DNA of 64,000 bases from Antedon mediterranea (Eukaryota > Animalia > Echinodermata), in NCBI RefSeq assembly GCF_964355755.1, contig NC_092671.1:19778001-19842000 (forward strand), written 5' to 3'. Position numbers and translations under genes: made by a program. Of this stretch, positions 37,501 through 49,964 are shown in pieces (within the stretch, counting starts at the first letter, position 1; the number at the start of each line of letters is the position of its first letter). The notes beneath the pieces are model-generated. The model did no database searches, had not been told where the DNA came from, and saw nothing but the letters and a program-made list of their open reading frames with translations.

Positions 37501-38830
37501 GCTCTCGTGTGAGGATCTTGAGTTGTTTAGTGGTTCGAAGTAGATTGGTTGTAAGTGTTTTGGTATCTTTAGCGGTGTGCGGTTCATACTGTGCTCCTCT
37601 AGCATGGCCTCCGTTTCCTGAAAACGAGAAAGAGCGTCACATATCCTGTTTTGCTTACCAGGGATGTGCCTGGCTGTAAACTGAATGTTGTTTAGTAGTA
37701 ACAAAAGGACGATAGCGCGAACCACTCTCATGACCTTTTCGTTTGATGACAATTTTTTGTTAAGCACATATACATCAGCTAGGTTATCACAGTGGAAAAC
37801 TACATGGGTGTTGGCTAGCTGTTTTGCAAAAATCGAAAGCATGACATAGATGGGGTAAATTTCGAGAACCATGATGTCGAACATTTTCCAAGTTTCCGGC
37901 CAGCGGCCTTGAATCCAGAACTTTTGGAAGGTCGCACCAAGTGCGGTTTTTGAGGCATCAGAGGAGAAATGTAAACGCTGCGAGTCAAATTTTTGTGGGG
38001 GTGAAAAATGGTAACGCCATTGTGTTTGCTAAGAAAGTCGGCCCAAATTTGGAGATCCTCCTTTGCTGAGTCAGAAAGGTGAATAGTTGAAAAGGGGTTA
38101 GTTAGACCGGCCGTTAGGGCATTAAGCCTTCTTAGGAACGCCAGTCCAGAGGGTATAACCCAGGTGGCAAATTGTAGCTTTTCAAAAAGATTGGGGGGCT
38201 CTCAATGTAGTTGAGTGAAGTTTTGAACTTTAAAGGGAGTAACGTAATTTTATTATCTCAGATGGAAGCCTGTCTTACATTTTCTGTAAATCAAGTTCAA
38301 TACCCAGGAAGGAAATGGTGGTGGTGGGTGAAATTGTTTTGTGCGGTGCTAGAGGTATGCCACCGCGGTCAGCAAGCGCCTTGGATATCTTCAAGGAGTT
38401 CGCACACAGTTGGTGTGTGTCTTCAATGACGAGGATGTCGTCTAATATTTTCACGTTATTGGGCTGTTTTAACTTTTTTATAAGGAAAAATTTCACTCCG
38501 TCAGAAAACTTATTGAATATTTGACACGAAGATCCGCCGCCTTGGGGAAGCGTTTTATCGTAGTAATACTGGCCTAACCACGTGAAACCTGTGAGGTGAT
38601 ATTGGCATGGCCTCCGTTTCCTGAGTGGGATGTAAATGTATTAGTCTGTATGCGTCACTGGTGTCCGTCTTGGCCATGAATGCCGGGTGATTGTGTATGT
38701 CAATTATGTCTATTGCGTTGGCAATTGTTTCGTAAAGAACTGTTATGCAAAACCCAGGGATGTTGTGATTGACAGCGTTTGAGTCGTAGGGATAGGAGAG
38801 GTTGTGGAGGATACGACATTTTTCAGGTAC
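37498..38830 (-). pseudogene. Reverse transcriptase / RNase H remnant of the Ngaro element
   Basis: RILHNLSYP..AVN, YYDKTLPQGGGSSCQIF, ILDDILV, FLGIELD, FSSDAS, LEIYPI, FHCDN, ARHIPGKQNRICDALSRFQ; frameshifted. Confidence 0.88.
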
Positions 38831-38999
38831 GGAATTTCCGGAAGGTTGTTGATGATAGCTTGGGAGTTAGTTGCTGTAAAAGCAGCCCCATGTAAGGTAG
38901 AAGCCATGAGCGAAACATAGGGTTAAGTAAGCGTGGTGTTTGTAACCAGATAGGAGTGCGCTTATTCTAGTGGGAATTATTGGGATCCCGAGCACTGAA

Positions 39000-39690
39000 A
39001 AACGAGTGGCGATACTGACAGTTTGTCTGGACACATCTATTGAATCTGTTATGGTAGGAGAAGCCGAGTGGACGCTCCACGGTTGGATGGGTTAGAGGTT
39101 TATGGTTAGCTCGTTGCGTCTAGTTTATGCAGGAGGTCGGCTCGAACCGATGACCAAGAGCAAAGTGTGTACTCAGTAGCCATTCGAAATTATCAGTCGT
39201 AAAAGTACCATTAATTTGGATGACTGCGCATGAGGTATTTAATATACTTAAAATAATTAAGATGTCCTGCGTATATTTACTTAAATAAAATTGTGGCAAA
39301 GTCGTGAAAGGCCTAGTGCCAGTTGTGTTCGTTTAAGATGCGGCATTTGGGCTTAGGCACAAGTTCAAAGGTACCAGTGAACGTTGGCGTCAAAGCTTCC
39401 GCTGCGCTGTTGAAGTCGAGCAGATTGTGCAGCTCGATGAATTTGTGGGAGATTATTTTCTCTTTAAGTTTTTGACAAGGTAGGGGGTTTGAGGAAGAGA
39501 GCTGCCGGTAGGTTCGGCTTAGCGACATTAATCTCAACCACAGAAGTTACCAGGGTTTCGACGATATGCCTCATGTCCTTTAATTCTTATTTAGGTATTC
39601 AGGTACTGGCACAATTCTTTTTTTTTTTTTTTTTTTTTTTTTTGGTGCCGTATTTTTTACCTCTTGTTAGTTCTTTTCCGTCCTGACATG
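39000..39690 (-). pseudogene. gag-like remnant of the Ngaro element
   Basis: QKLKEKIISHKFIELHNLL resembles the K.I..G.F..L..LL motif of DIRS/Ngaro ORF1 and lies upstream of RT. Disrupted. Confidence 0.55.
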
Positions 39691-39844
39691 GTGTATCTGT
39701 AAGAAAATCGTTGTGCAATTAAGACGGAAAGAAAAATGTGTGTGGACAGATATCATCAAGTTGCAGGGGAAAAGGGCCCTGCAACCATGTTAAAGGAGGG
39801 GAAAAAAAAGATTGGAGACAAAAGTCAGCATTGGGGTAGAGAAT

Positions 39845-41875
39845 GAAACCAGCATGAGTCATTTAAAGAAATGCTGTACTTAGAGGAGGGTGATAAGACA
39901 CCACCGCCGTATGGGGTGATAGTAGGGGGACCAGCATGAGTCATATAACCAGCATGAGTCATATAATGAATGCTGTACTTAAGAGCATGAGTGATAAAAC
40001 ACCGCCGTATGTGGGGGTAGTTAATGAACCAGCATAAGTAATTATGCGGTGGTAGTAGGGAAACCAGCATGAGTCATATAATGAATGCTGTACTTAAGAG
40101 CATGAGTGATAAAAACACCGCCGTATGTGGGGGTGGGTAATGAACCAGCATAAGAAATTATGTGGTGGTAGTAGGGTTAATGAACCAGCATAAGTAATTA
40201 TGTGGTGGTAATAGGGGAACCAGCATGAGTCATAATATAATGAATGAACCAGCATAAGAAATTATGTGGTGGTAGTAGTCATATAATGGTAAACCAGCAT
40301 AAGAAATTATGTGGTGGTAGTAGTCATATAATGGTAAACCAGCATAAGAAATTATGTGGTGGTAGTAGTCATATAATGGTGAACCAGCATAAGAAATTAT
40401 GTGGTGGTAGTAGTCATATAATGGTAAACCAGCATAAGAAATTATGTGGTGGTAGTAGTCATATAATGGTAAACCAGCATAAGAAATTATGTGGTGGTAG
40501 TAGTCATATAATGGTGAACCAGCATAAGAAATTATGTGGTGGTAGTAGTCATATAATGGTAAACCAGCATAAGAAATTATGTGGTGGTAGTAGTCATATA
40601 ATGGTAAACCAGCATAATAAATTATGTGGTGGTAGTAGTCATATAATGGTAAACCAGCATAAGAAATTATGTGGTGGTAGTAGTCATATAATGGTGAACC
40701 AGCATAAGAAATTATGTGGTGGTAGTAGTCATATAATGGTAAACCAGCATAAGAAATTATGTGGTGGTAGTAGTCATATAATGGTGAACCAGCATAAGAA
40801 ATTATGTGGTGGTAGTAGTCATATAATGGTAAACCAGCATAAGAAATTATGTGGTGGTAGTAGTCATATAATGGTGAACCAGCATAAGAAATTATGTGGT
40901 GGTAGTAGTCATATAATGGTAAACCAGCATAAGAAATTATGTGGTGGTAGTAGTCATATAATGGTGAACCAGCATAAGAAATTATGTGGTGGTAGTAGTC
41001 ATATAATGGTAAACCAGCATAAGAAATTATGTGGTGGTAGTATTCATATAATGGTAAACCAGCATAAGAAATTATGTGGTGGTAGTATTCATATAATGGT
41101 GAACCAGCATAAGAAATTATGTGGTGGTAGTAGTCATATAATGGTAAACCAGCATAAGAAATTATGTGGTGGTAGTATTCAAATAATGGTGAACCAGCAT
41201 AAGAAATTATGTGGTGGTAGTAGTGAAACCAGCATGAGTCATATAACCAGCATGAGTCATATAAAGAATGCTGTACTTAAGGGCATGAGTGATAAAACAC
41301 CGCCGTATGTGGAGGTAGGTAATGAACCAGCATAAGAAATTATGTGGTGGTAGAAGGGTTAATGAACCAGCATAAGAAATTATGTGGTGGTAGTAGTGAA
41401 ACCAGCATGAGTCATAAAATGAATGCTGTACTTAAGAGCATGAGTGATAAAACACCGCCGTATGTGGGGGTAGTAAATGAATCAGCATAAGTAATTATGT
41501 GGTGGTAGTATGGGAACCAGCATGAGTCATAATTAATGCTGTACGTAAGAGGATGAGTGATAAAACACCGGCGTATGTCGGCGTATGAACCAGCATAAGC
41601 AATTTATGTGGTGGTAGTATAGGAACCAGCATGAGTCATATAATGAATGCTGTACTTAAGAGGATGAGTGATAAAACACCGGCGTATGAACCAGCATAAG
41701 TCAATTATGTGGTGGTAGTATAGGAACCAGCATCATATCGTCATAATGAATGCTGTACTTGGGAAACTAGCATGAGTCATAATGAATGCTGTACTTTGGA
41801 AACCAGCATGTGTCTTAATATAATGAATGATGTACTTGGGGAACCAGCATGAGTCATAAGATGAATGCTATACTA
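39845..41875. repeat. Composite satellite: ~22 copies of a 45-bp unit (40246-41225) flanked by longer modular repeats
   Basis: Unit (A/G)AACCAGCATAAGAAATTATGTGGTGGTAGTAGTCATATAATGGT. Flanks recombine the modules AACCAGCATGAGTCAT, GAATGCTGTACTTAAG and GAGTGATAAAACACCGCCGTATG. Confidence 0.95.
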
Positions 41876-43947
41876 ACTATAAACCATTCAGATTTGTGCA
41901 AAAAATTTGCCAGTTTAGCGTAGCATCAAGAAAGAAAAACAACAAGTTATTATTTATTTCTTTTGGATGTAAAACAATGGGAAAATAATAAATGGTGTCA
42001 ACAGTGTATTGCCTGGCATTTTGTTTTGTTTATTCTGTTTAATTATGTATTTTTTTTCCTCTAAAATCCGGTTCCGGATTGTCCACAGTGACTGCAGTAG
42101 TAGTAACAGATAATAAGATTGTTGTTATTTAATGGCATAAGTTAGCATAAGAGGCTCCGTGCATGAAAGCAGACCTTACTTTTTAACTAGGTCATTCGAT
42201 CCGAGGTCGATTATCAAAAATCTGGCTTGAATGTTGCCACTTGATTTACAAAATTAGTTAGGTCGTTTATCTTTAGGCCGGGCACCCCCCAAAGAACAGT
42301 ACAGTATTATCATAGTGATGACTGATTCGGAAGTCAGGCAAAGGTTGATGTGAACCAAGTATGGAGTCGGACGAATTACCCAAGCCGTGTTGGAAAGCGA
42401 GGCTTTCGCTCAAACCGGAAACGAATGAGTTGAGCCTAGTATAAGGACACAACCAGACAACAAAATTACAGTAAAGTACAAAAAATCGAACAGAATGGGG
42501 GTAAGATAAGGTGTTAGATAAATTCCAGTCAAAGTATATTGTGTGAGTTCACACAGCCTATAAGTGTATGAGGATAAAATGAACTGGTAAATGTAAAAGT
42601 GAAAATTATTTTACTTAGCCAAAAACTGGCGTGGTAATCTGTTGACAGCGTGAGGTGAAGAGGATGAGATGCTCACGCTGTCAAAAGATGATTGCGAGGG
42701 CGCCCCGCAATCACGTGATATTATATATTATTATAATTATAAATCAGAAGTATTTTGGAATGAGTAATCATGTGCTAAATCATGCTCAATTCATCGCTGC
42801 ACTGTTTACTATCAACAGGTGCCCAGTTTTAATGTTTTGATAATTTATTATAATAATAACTTAAAGTGAATGTGATTACAATTCTAATATTTTGTTATTG
42901 TATGAACGGTCTTCTATGTATTGCCTTTCAGTAGAGTGAATAACGAAAACAACATTCGTCGGTTGCTGGTTTGTATTTGCCAGTACAGTACTTACAGGAT
43001 TGTTAATGACGTTATAATACATTGGTTGACGATATTCAGTATACATTACATGAAGTTCTCTGGTTAATTCTTTTGGAAATCGTGACGCGGAACGACTTGG
43101 TTTTGTAAATATAGGCCTAATAATATATATTTTCAATTCAACTAGAAGATGGGTGGGGTGCGACAGTGCGCAGTAGATGTATATGATAGGCGGTCGTGTA
43201 ATCACGGTTTATTAAACCAATTCGTTATTTTGTTAGAAAGTCGTGGTAATTTATTTTAAAAATTGTGACAAATGTACTGGCATGTTGGAAATGGATGTGG
43301 TGCTCTTGGAAATGGGGATTTGTTAGACCATGTCACGATGATGCCTGGCAGGGTTATTAATCAGTTTCGGTAAGCGAGCTCTGTGATGGAATTAACAAAT
43401 GGTGAAATATAATACCGTAACACATAGGTAATTTGTATGGGATCGATATATCTTCCGGTATGACACATAAATGTAAGGGTGTATGTGGTTACTTCTGTAC
43501 CGTGAGACTTATAGAAAATAAATAACCACATACAGTAAATACAAGTGACGTCACACCCAAAAAAGATAGGTTTTTGCGCATACGTCGTCTGAATGGAACG
43601 TTGTGTACAAGCTTAGGTCGAATTAAAGATTTATACGCTAATTTCTATTAAAATAATATAGATTTGTTTCTTAGAAAACATTTTTAAAATCATATTAATA
43701 TACAGTAATCTCGAAACGCATTACTTTAAAATAGTGTGACTTACTAAATGAGCTATAGGTGGTCAAACAAATTTGTATATGCTTCTTAAATCTACATTCA
43801 AATCTCGTTAGGGTTTGCTTTTTTAATAAAAAAAAAAAATACATACATTGGGTGTTTATTGCGAGTAAATGTGTCAGTGACTTATCGCATTCTTAGCTTA
43901 CCAGGATTGATTTTCTGATAATGTTTGTAGGCCCATAACTACTCCTA

Positions 43948-44782
43948 GGATAATTACCCCATAGGACAACTACCCCCTAGGACAACTACGCTCTAGGAAA
44001 ACTACCCCCTAGGACAACTACCCTTTAGGACACCTACCCACTATGACAATTAACCCCTAGGAAAACTACCATCTAGGAACAACTATAGCTTTGGACAACT
44101 ACGATTGGTAACCAAATTAACAAGCTGCTTCTTTTGGTGCCAATTGTATTGTAAAATCAAATTGTGTGTGAAGAGGGGACTACGAGGGCGTTGTACCACA
44201 CTATACATTTAACAATATTTGACGTGAAATTATTAAAATATCGACGTATGTACCTAAGATGTGTAATCTATTTTTGTAATAACTGTAGCAATATTTATTT
44301 TTTTTAAACTTCTAGGACAAACTATGAAAAAAGATTTCCTCAATTGGCACAGTTTATAGCTATGTCTTCATAATAGGAAGACTAAAAAATGTATGAACCT
44401 GTCAAACGGAGGAGAGAGAGAGATTGATTTTCAAATCGTCTAATGTAATCAATTGATTACTAGTGTAGGGTTTTTTTAAATCTAAAGTAAAATTAGGAGG
44501 TTCTTTGCTGTAGAATACGAATTGGAATAAAATGAAATTAAATCATAAACACATCATGGATATAATTATTCTTTAGGTTCTAAAAACATTTATTGTCCTA
44601 TTTTCTCATGAGTGGGGAAAAAATGTAAAAAAACCCAAATCAATTAAGGTTCTTCTATGAAGTAGTAACAGCCAAAAGTTGTCCTAGGCGGTAATTGTCC
44701 GGGTGGTATTTGTCCTAGGGGTTCATTGTCCGGGTGGTAGTTGTCCGGGTGGTAATTGTCAAGGAGGTAGTTGTCCGGATAC
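43948..44782. mobile_element. Foldback/MITE-like element with inverted arrays of ~15-16-bp subrepeats
   Basis: GGACAACTACCCCCTA-type units (about 10) at 43948-44102. Reverse-complement GGTAGTTGTCC-type units (about 7) at 44678-44778. Confidence 0.6.
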
Positions 44783-45842
44783 GACCAAGAAACAAGCATA
44801 TCAAGTTGTAAGCGGCTATTTTTTTTAAATGGTGCCATACAAAAGTTTCCCATGGGCCAAATCCTTAGAACTTTTTATGGTGATTCATATGAAAAGTTTC
44901 CCGCAAAAATCGCTTTGTAAAATTTTTTTTCAAGGTTTGGTAAACAAACGTTGTTTTTAATCTTAACTATAGCAATGATTGATCGTGTGAGGATGACTTT
45001 TTGACCTTAAACTCCGGTTCTGTTCACAGTCTAAAAACTCCGTTTCTGTTCACAGTAATTATTAAATTGAAAATATTATCAATTGAAATGATTCTTATGA
45101 TATGTAAACAAACAAAATAGAGGGCGGTATTCACGGTTTTATTTTTTTATTTTTACAAATAGTTTCTTTCCAGGAGCTATTAGAGCCTTAAACATCATGT
45201 AGACACTTTTTGTAATGTTTGCTGTTTGTGTCCGTTGGATATTGTGCTCCGCCCAACAGAGCAAACATAATGTCTATGGTTTTTTTTCTAAAACAAAATG
45301 ACAATAAATGATAGTAGATACTTGACTTGACTTGTCTGGGGTCTCTTCGTAGTTTCGACGTTTTAAATGGTCACACGGTCCGGGGTGTCTCCGGAGATGG
45401 TGTCTCCGGAGATCATTGCGGATTTTTGGTGTGAAAGGGGTATAAGATTAAATATAAATTATTTTATGATTTTACCTTTCACACTAACACATCGGGGCTT
45501 AAGTTTCTCTGCAATTGTGATCGAACAAGTATAATATGCGAAGTGTTCAGGGAAATTTGCATACCTCTCACAGTCTCAATACAATACTAATGCGGCCTCT
45601 ATTGTCCGTTATTGACATCTAACAGAATTGCAAGGTTTATGCCTACACAGAAAAAGCTTTCTTCTTTTACTAGCCATTCAGCCTGCAATGAATAAAAAGG
45701 TCAGCACAGCATCATCACACGGTAATCTCTTCTTCCTCGGTCAAATTTGCCTAAACAGAAGAAGAGATTACCTTCCTAAATGTACTTAACCTAACCCTCT
45801 AAATAATATCTCTCAACTATTAAAAAAAAACACGCTATTGCC

Positions 45843-46025
45843 GGATAAGGACTATAAACCGTAGGTCTAGTGTACACATCTAGCTCGTGTGCACTTTAAA
45901 GAACCTAGTACATCTTTCGAGACGAGTAGGGGGTTACCCCGGTGTATTAGTACATCACAGCCACTGATCATAACTGGGCCCTCTGTGAGACCAGTCTTTG
46001 ACTGAAGAGGTTACCCAGTATAAAT
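45843..46025 (+). mobile_element. 5'-truncated SINE with Deu/Nin-type central domain
   Basis: GGATAAGGACTATAAACCGTAGGTC...GCACTTTAAAGAACC...TTCGAGACGAGTAGGGGGTTACCCCGGTGT follows the Deu-domain pattern as I recall it. Not aligned computationally. Confidence 0.6.
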
Positions 46026-47254
46026 AGAGTAAACACTTTACCACTCGACCAAACATTTTGGTTGAGATAGTCACGTCAATTGACTATGATGGCATAGTTT
46101 TTCAGTCTAATGTGACCGTGTGTTCAAATGAGGCAAATGTGACCGAGGAAGAATAACTACCCCATCACACCTGTCTAAACATAAGCAAATGAACTCAATA
46201 CAATCTATACAATTGATGGCAGAAGACTAATTAAGTAGAGATAAGTATAATGTGAATAGGACTGTACGAAGTTAAATACTAATATAAATCAAACATTTCC
46301 GCCAACTTAACGTTTCTACAGGGTCAATATTATAGTTTAAATGCACTTTCGTCCATTGACGCCATATCTGCTGGATTCAAATTACTTTCTACGAATTTCC
46401 ATTGGCTAGAAAAAGTTTTATCTCTACACGATTTTCGAACTCGAAACTTGGCATTTTCACTATTTATGTAATACAGCCGTGCTGTCAGTCTAGTAAATAT
46501 ATGATTTGCGGATATTTCATATTTAATTATATACGCTGTGTCATCAGCGTATTGGACTAATTAAATGTATCTATTTTCTAAATGTATTCCCTTTATTACA
46601 CGAAACTTCAATAGCTAATAAAAAATATACGGACTAAAGTTAAAGGTTCTCTTGAAGCACCCCATGATTAACACTAAAGTAAGAAGGACATTTGTTTCCC
46701 GTGAAATTTCCCCCGGACCCCTATGAAATTTCCCATCAGATATCCCCCATCCGAATCAAATTATACAAACGAAGAGGTATCTTTGATGTTTCTTTTATTA
46801 TCTAGCTATCTAAACTTACATTTATACAGGTAATATCCACACTGTACGTTGTTTAGGATCTACAACGCAAGCTTTTCATGACCTTTTCCATTAGGACATC
46901 CTCCAGATACACCCCATTAGTAGAGGCAATGCAGTAATGAAATCGTATCGAAATATACACACTGAGAGGTATATTTTATGTTTCTTTCAGTTTCTAGCTA
47001 TCTAACAATAAACCACCTTGACCTACATTTTTAAAATCCACACACGTTTACAAAACAACAAAACAAATTGTCATGCCATAATAAGATTACCATTGTCAAA
47101 ACCGTCGCTTCGGTATTTTCGTTAAGATTGTTAGCCATTTAAACGTCATCAACCCACTGTACTACAGACGTCATAAATATTACAAAAACACCGGTATTTT
47201 ACTTACATAAATAATAACAACGATTTTAAAAAATAAATAGGCCTAATATACAAA

Positions 47255-47417
47255 CTATCAGGCATGTCTGCCCACATTTAAATCGTCGGTGCGTAATGTG
47301 TTTGTAAAAGCCACGGCAATTTAAACAAGGCCATATACATGACTGTAGTCGCGTGCTAAAATTGTTGTGTTTACCAACCAACCGACCGACCAACCGACCG
47401 ACATAGTGAGCTATAGA
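47255..47417 (+). repeat. Fragment with (ACCG/ACCA)n microsatellite, Helentron-associated-like
   Basis: ACCAACCAACCGACCGACCAACCGACCGACATAGTGAGCTATAG. The family call is tentative. Confidence 0.3.
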
Positions 47418-49419
47418 AATATTTCTTACAAAAAACGACGCTCGACTTTTGACGTAACAATTCTAAATATTGTTCTTTCTACATGAAATAATGCCTTTTT
47501 AAATTCGTATTCTATTTAATAATTTGAGAAATAGTGATTAATGATTAATTATTTAGTTTAATTATGTAAAGCGAATATTAAATACATAACTGTTTAAAGG
47601 ATGTATGTTAAGATTTGATTCAGTTTTCTTTCTATGGTTGATTTAGCTTATCAATCGGTTAATAAAATCCGCAATCAAACAATCAACTTTTATTTCAGAA
47701 CAATGTCCGTGGCCTTATACAGAACAAAACTATAATCTTAAACTAAACTATAGTATTGCTCATAATATTCAGTAACAACATTACTAATTTCCCAGAATCT
47801 TTGCCGTACAACCGCAGATAGTCAAACCATTCTTTAATTATACACACACCAGGGAAGCTTCCCTGATGTACACCATTCGCTAAAACGATTTAACATAGAG
47901 GATTTATTCAATGATAAATGCCTACGTTTACATCTAGATGTGCTTTAGAGTTTGAGCATGCCCAGTCCAAGTTTCCAAATACCCATTTTTCAGCTGTAGT
48001 ATATAATAAGCTTCCGCGTGATACAGTTTCCTAATGATTGGGTCCTCTTGAATAACCACTAACCCAACAGCAATTTTAAAAAATAAGATAAATTTAAATA
48101 AAACATAAATATATATGAAGCGATTCCAAAGAGACTGGTCGCAATGAATTTATGAAACTGTTTTATCTTCTCATTTCGAGAGCATGTTAATATCACCATG
48201 ATTTAGAGAAATGTGGGCAACATAATTGCATTTTTACATGATGTACTCTCCAGAGAGCAACCGTAGATTTTAAAATTATTCAATAGGAAATAAAATATGT
48301 GAGAGAGCGGATGATGATATAATCTCAGGTTTTCCTTGAAATACTTTATAGACAATAACAAACAAAAAATTAAAGCCCGGAGAGCGCGACCCCGTAACAA
48401 CAGCATAACACTAACAATGCTTAAGCGAGAGCGCGGTGAATTACTATTTGTCAGTTAGAAGACCGGAACTACGTGCCACCTCCCTTAACAACAACTTTCG
48501 ATCTCCGTTTGCAATTTTGCTCTGTCGCGAGTGACGATGAAATACAAATTACTTAATTACATGGTCTCAAATCAAATATGCGATAGGTAAATACCTTCTT
48601 TTTCAATCTGAATCAAATGTAGCCTAGCCTACATTAGATATAGGCGCAGGCCTACCGCCTTGTATTCAATCTGATTGAAATGAGAAGAATCTCATGTTAT
48701 TTAAAACAAATAAGCAATGTTTTATATTCGTGCTATGGTACAAATATAACCTTTCATCTTTCACCTCTTTAAATTATTTGTGCCATCACACTCATAAACA
48801 TTTATTATTTGTATACTATTGCAAGGCGCGTGATCAGTCTGTAGTGTCGCTATCATATCTCTGCTCTACAAAAACCCAAGTACTATACCTTTGGAATGGC
48901 CTGAACTTCAATTCAGATTCACACAAAATAAACAGTACGTATATATGTGTTAAATGAACTAATTAATGTTGCTCTCAGAACAACCAATATTGTAATTCCT
49001 TAAAATAATAGTGTTAATATTAGAGAACCAAGCTGTAGTAGTTATGGTAGATGAAAGTTATCAGAACCAGCACATTTATTTACTTAATGAGTGAAAGTAG
49101 AGGACAGACAATTAGAGATTTGATGATGAATGATGCAGTAAATCAATTACCGATGATGACAAAATATCAATGAATTACCTGTTGAGATAACCCACACTGG
49201 TATGTAAATATTTTAAGAATAAAACTCATAAAAAATATAATTTATTGCTACAGTATTGTATAAAAATGGATTGGGGACACATTGAGGAAACCAAAATACA
49301 AATTAACAGAAACGCCCAGACATGGAACCCACAAAGAAAAAGAACTAGAGGACGTCCATGAAAACTATCTGTCAGAATACCATCGCATTAATCAGCCACA
49401 ATGGCTGGAAAATGAAGAC

Positions 49420-49650
49420 GCTGTGTTACAACCGTTAATGTAGAAAACGCCAGCTAATATCGAAACAACCGTTAATGTAGAACAATCCACCGCTTATGTA
49501 GTAAAACCTCCAGCTTATTTAGAAACACCAACAGCGTATGTAGTAAATACAAATCAACACCAGCTAATGTAGAAACGGTCAACAGCTTATGTAGTAACGG
49601 AAATTGCTTCCCAGATTATGTAGTTACTATCGCCAGCTAATGTACAAAAT
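49420..49650. repeat. Degenerate ~22-25-bp tandem repeat
   Basis: Recurrent CCAGCT(A/T)ATGTAG(A/T)AA / ACCGTTAATGTAGAA. Confidence 0.6.
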
Positions 49651-49782
49651 GTTATATATTTTACAAAAAATGTCTTAATCATTTGCAAGCATCGATCATT
49701 ACTTAGTTATCAGTCTTTCCACCTCTCGTAAGCAACCAACTTTCTAAAACGACCACACATCGTAAGCAACCATCTATGTTAA

Positions 49783-49961
49783 AGCGTGGTTCCCACTAGC
49801 GACGCAACACAAGGACGTAACGCAACGCAAGTGAATTGACCAATCACAAGCGATGGCTTATTCGCTTGTGATTGCTAACTGTCTATAACTTCGCTTGTCA
49901 TTGGTTAAAAGGCTTGTGTTACGTTTACGTCCTTGCGTTACGTTCTAGTGGGAACCACGCT
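49783..49961. mobile_element. PIF/Harbinger-like MITE (179 bp)
   Basis: Perfect 17-bp TIR AGCGTGGTTCCCACTAG. TAA at 49780-49782 and 49962-49964. Confidence 0.85.
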
Positions 49962-49964
49962 TAA

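Larger units (their letters stand above)
35751..42719 (-). mobile_element. Ngaro-type (DIRS order) tyrosine-recombinase retrotransposon with split direct repeats A1-ORFs-B1-A2-B2
   Basis: A (123 bp) at 42597-42719 and 35955-36077. B (148 bp) at 36076-36223 and 35751-35898. gag, RT, RNase H and YR remnants lie on the minus strand between them. Confidence 0.92.

Noticed and set aside
40244-41335. 363-aa ORF of NQHKKLCGGSSHIMV repeats as a real protein
   Set aside because: It is a by-product of a 45-bp unit without a stop in that frame, and it is antisense to the host Ngaro. One minus-strand frame (PLYDYYHHIISYAGL) is open too, so openness is uninformative.
39845-41875. CRISPR array
   Set aside because: Units are contiguous with no unique spacers, there are no cas genes, and the context is eukaryotic.
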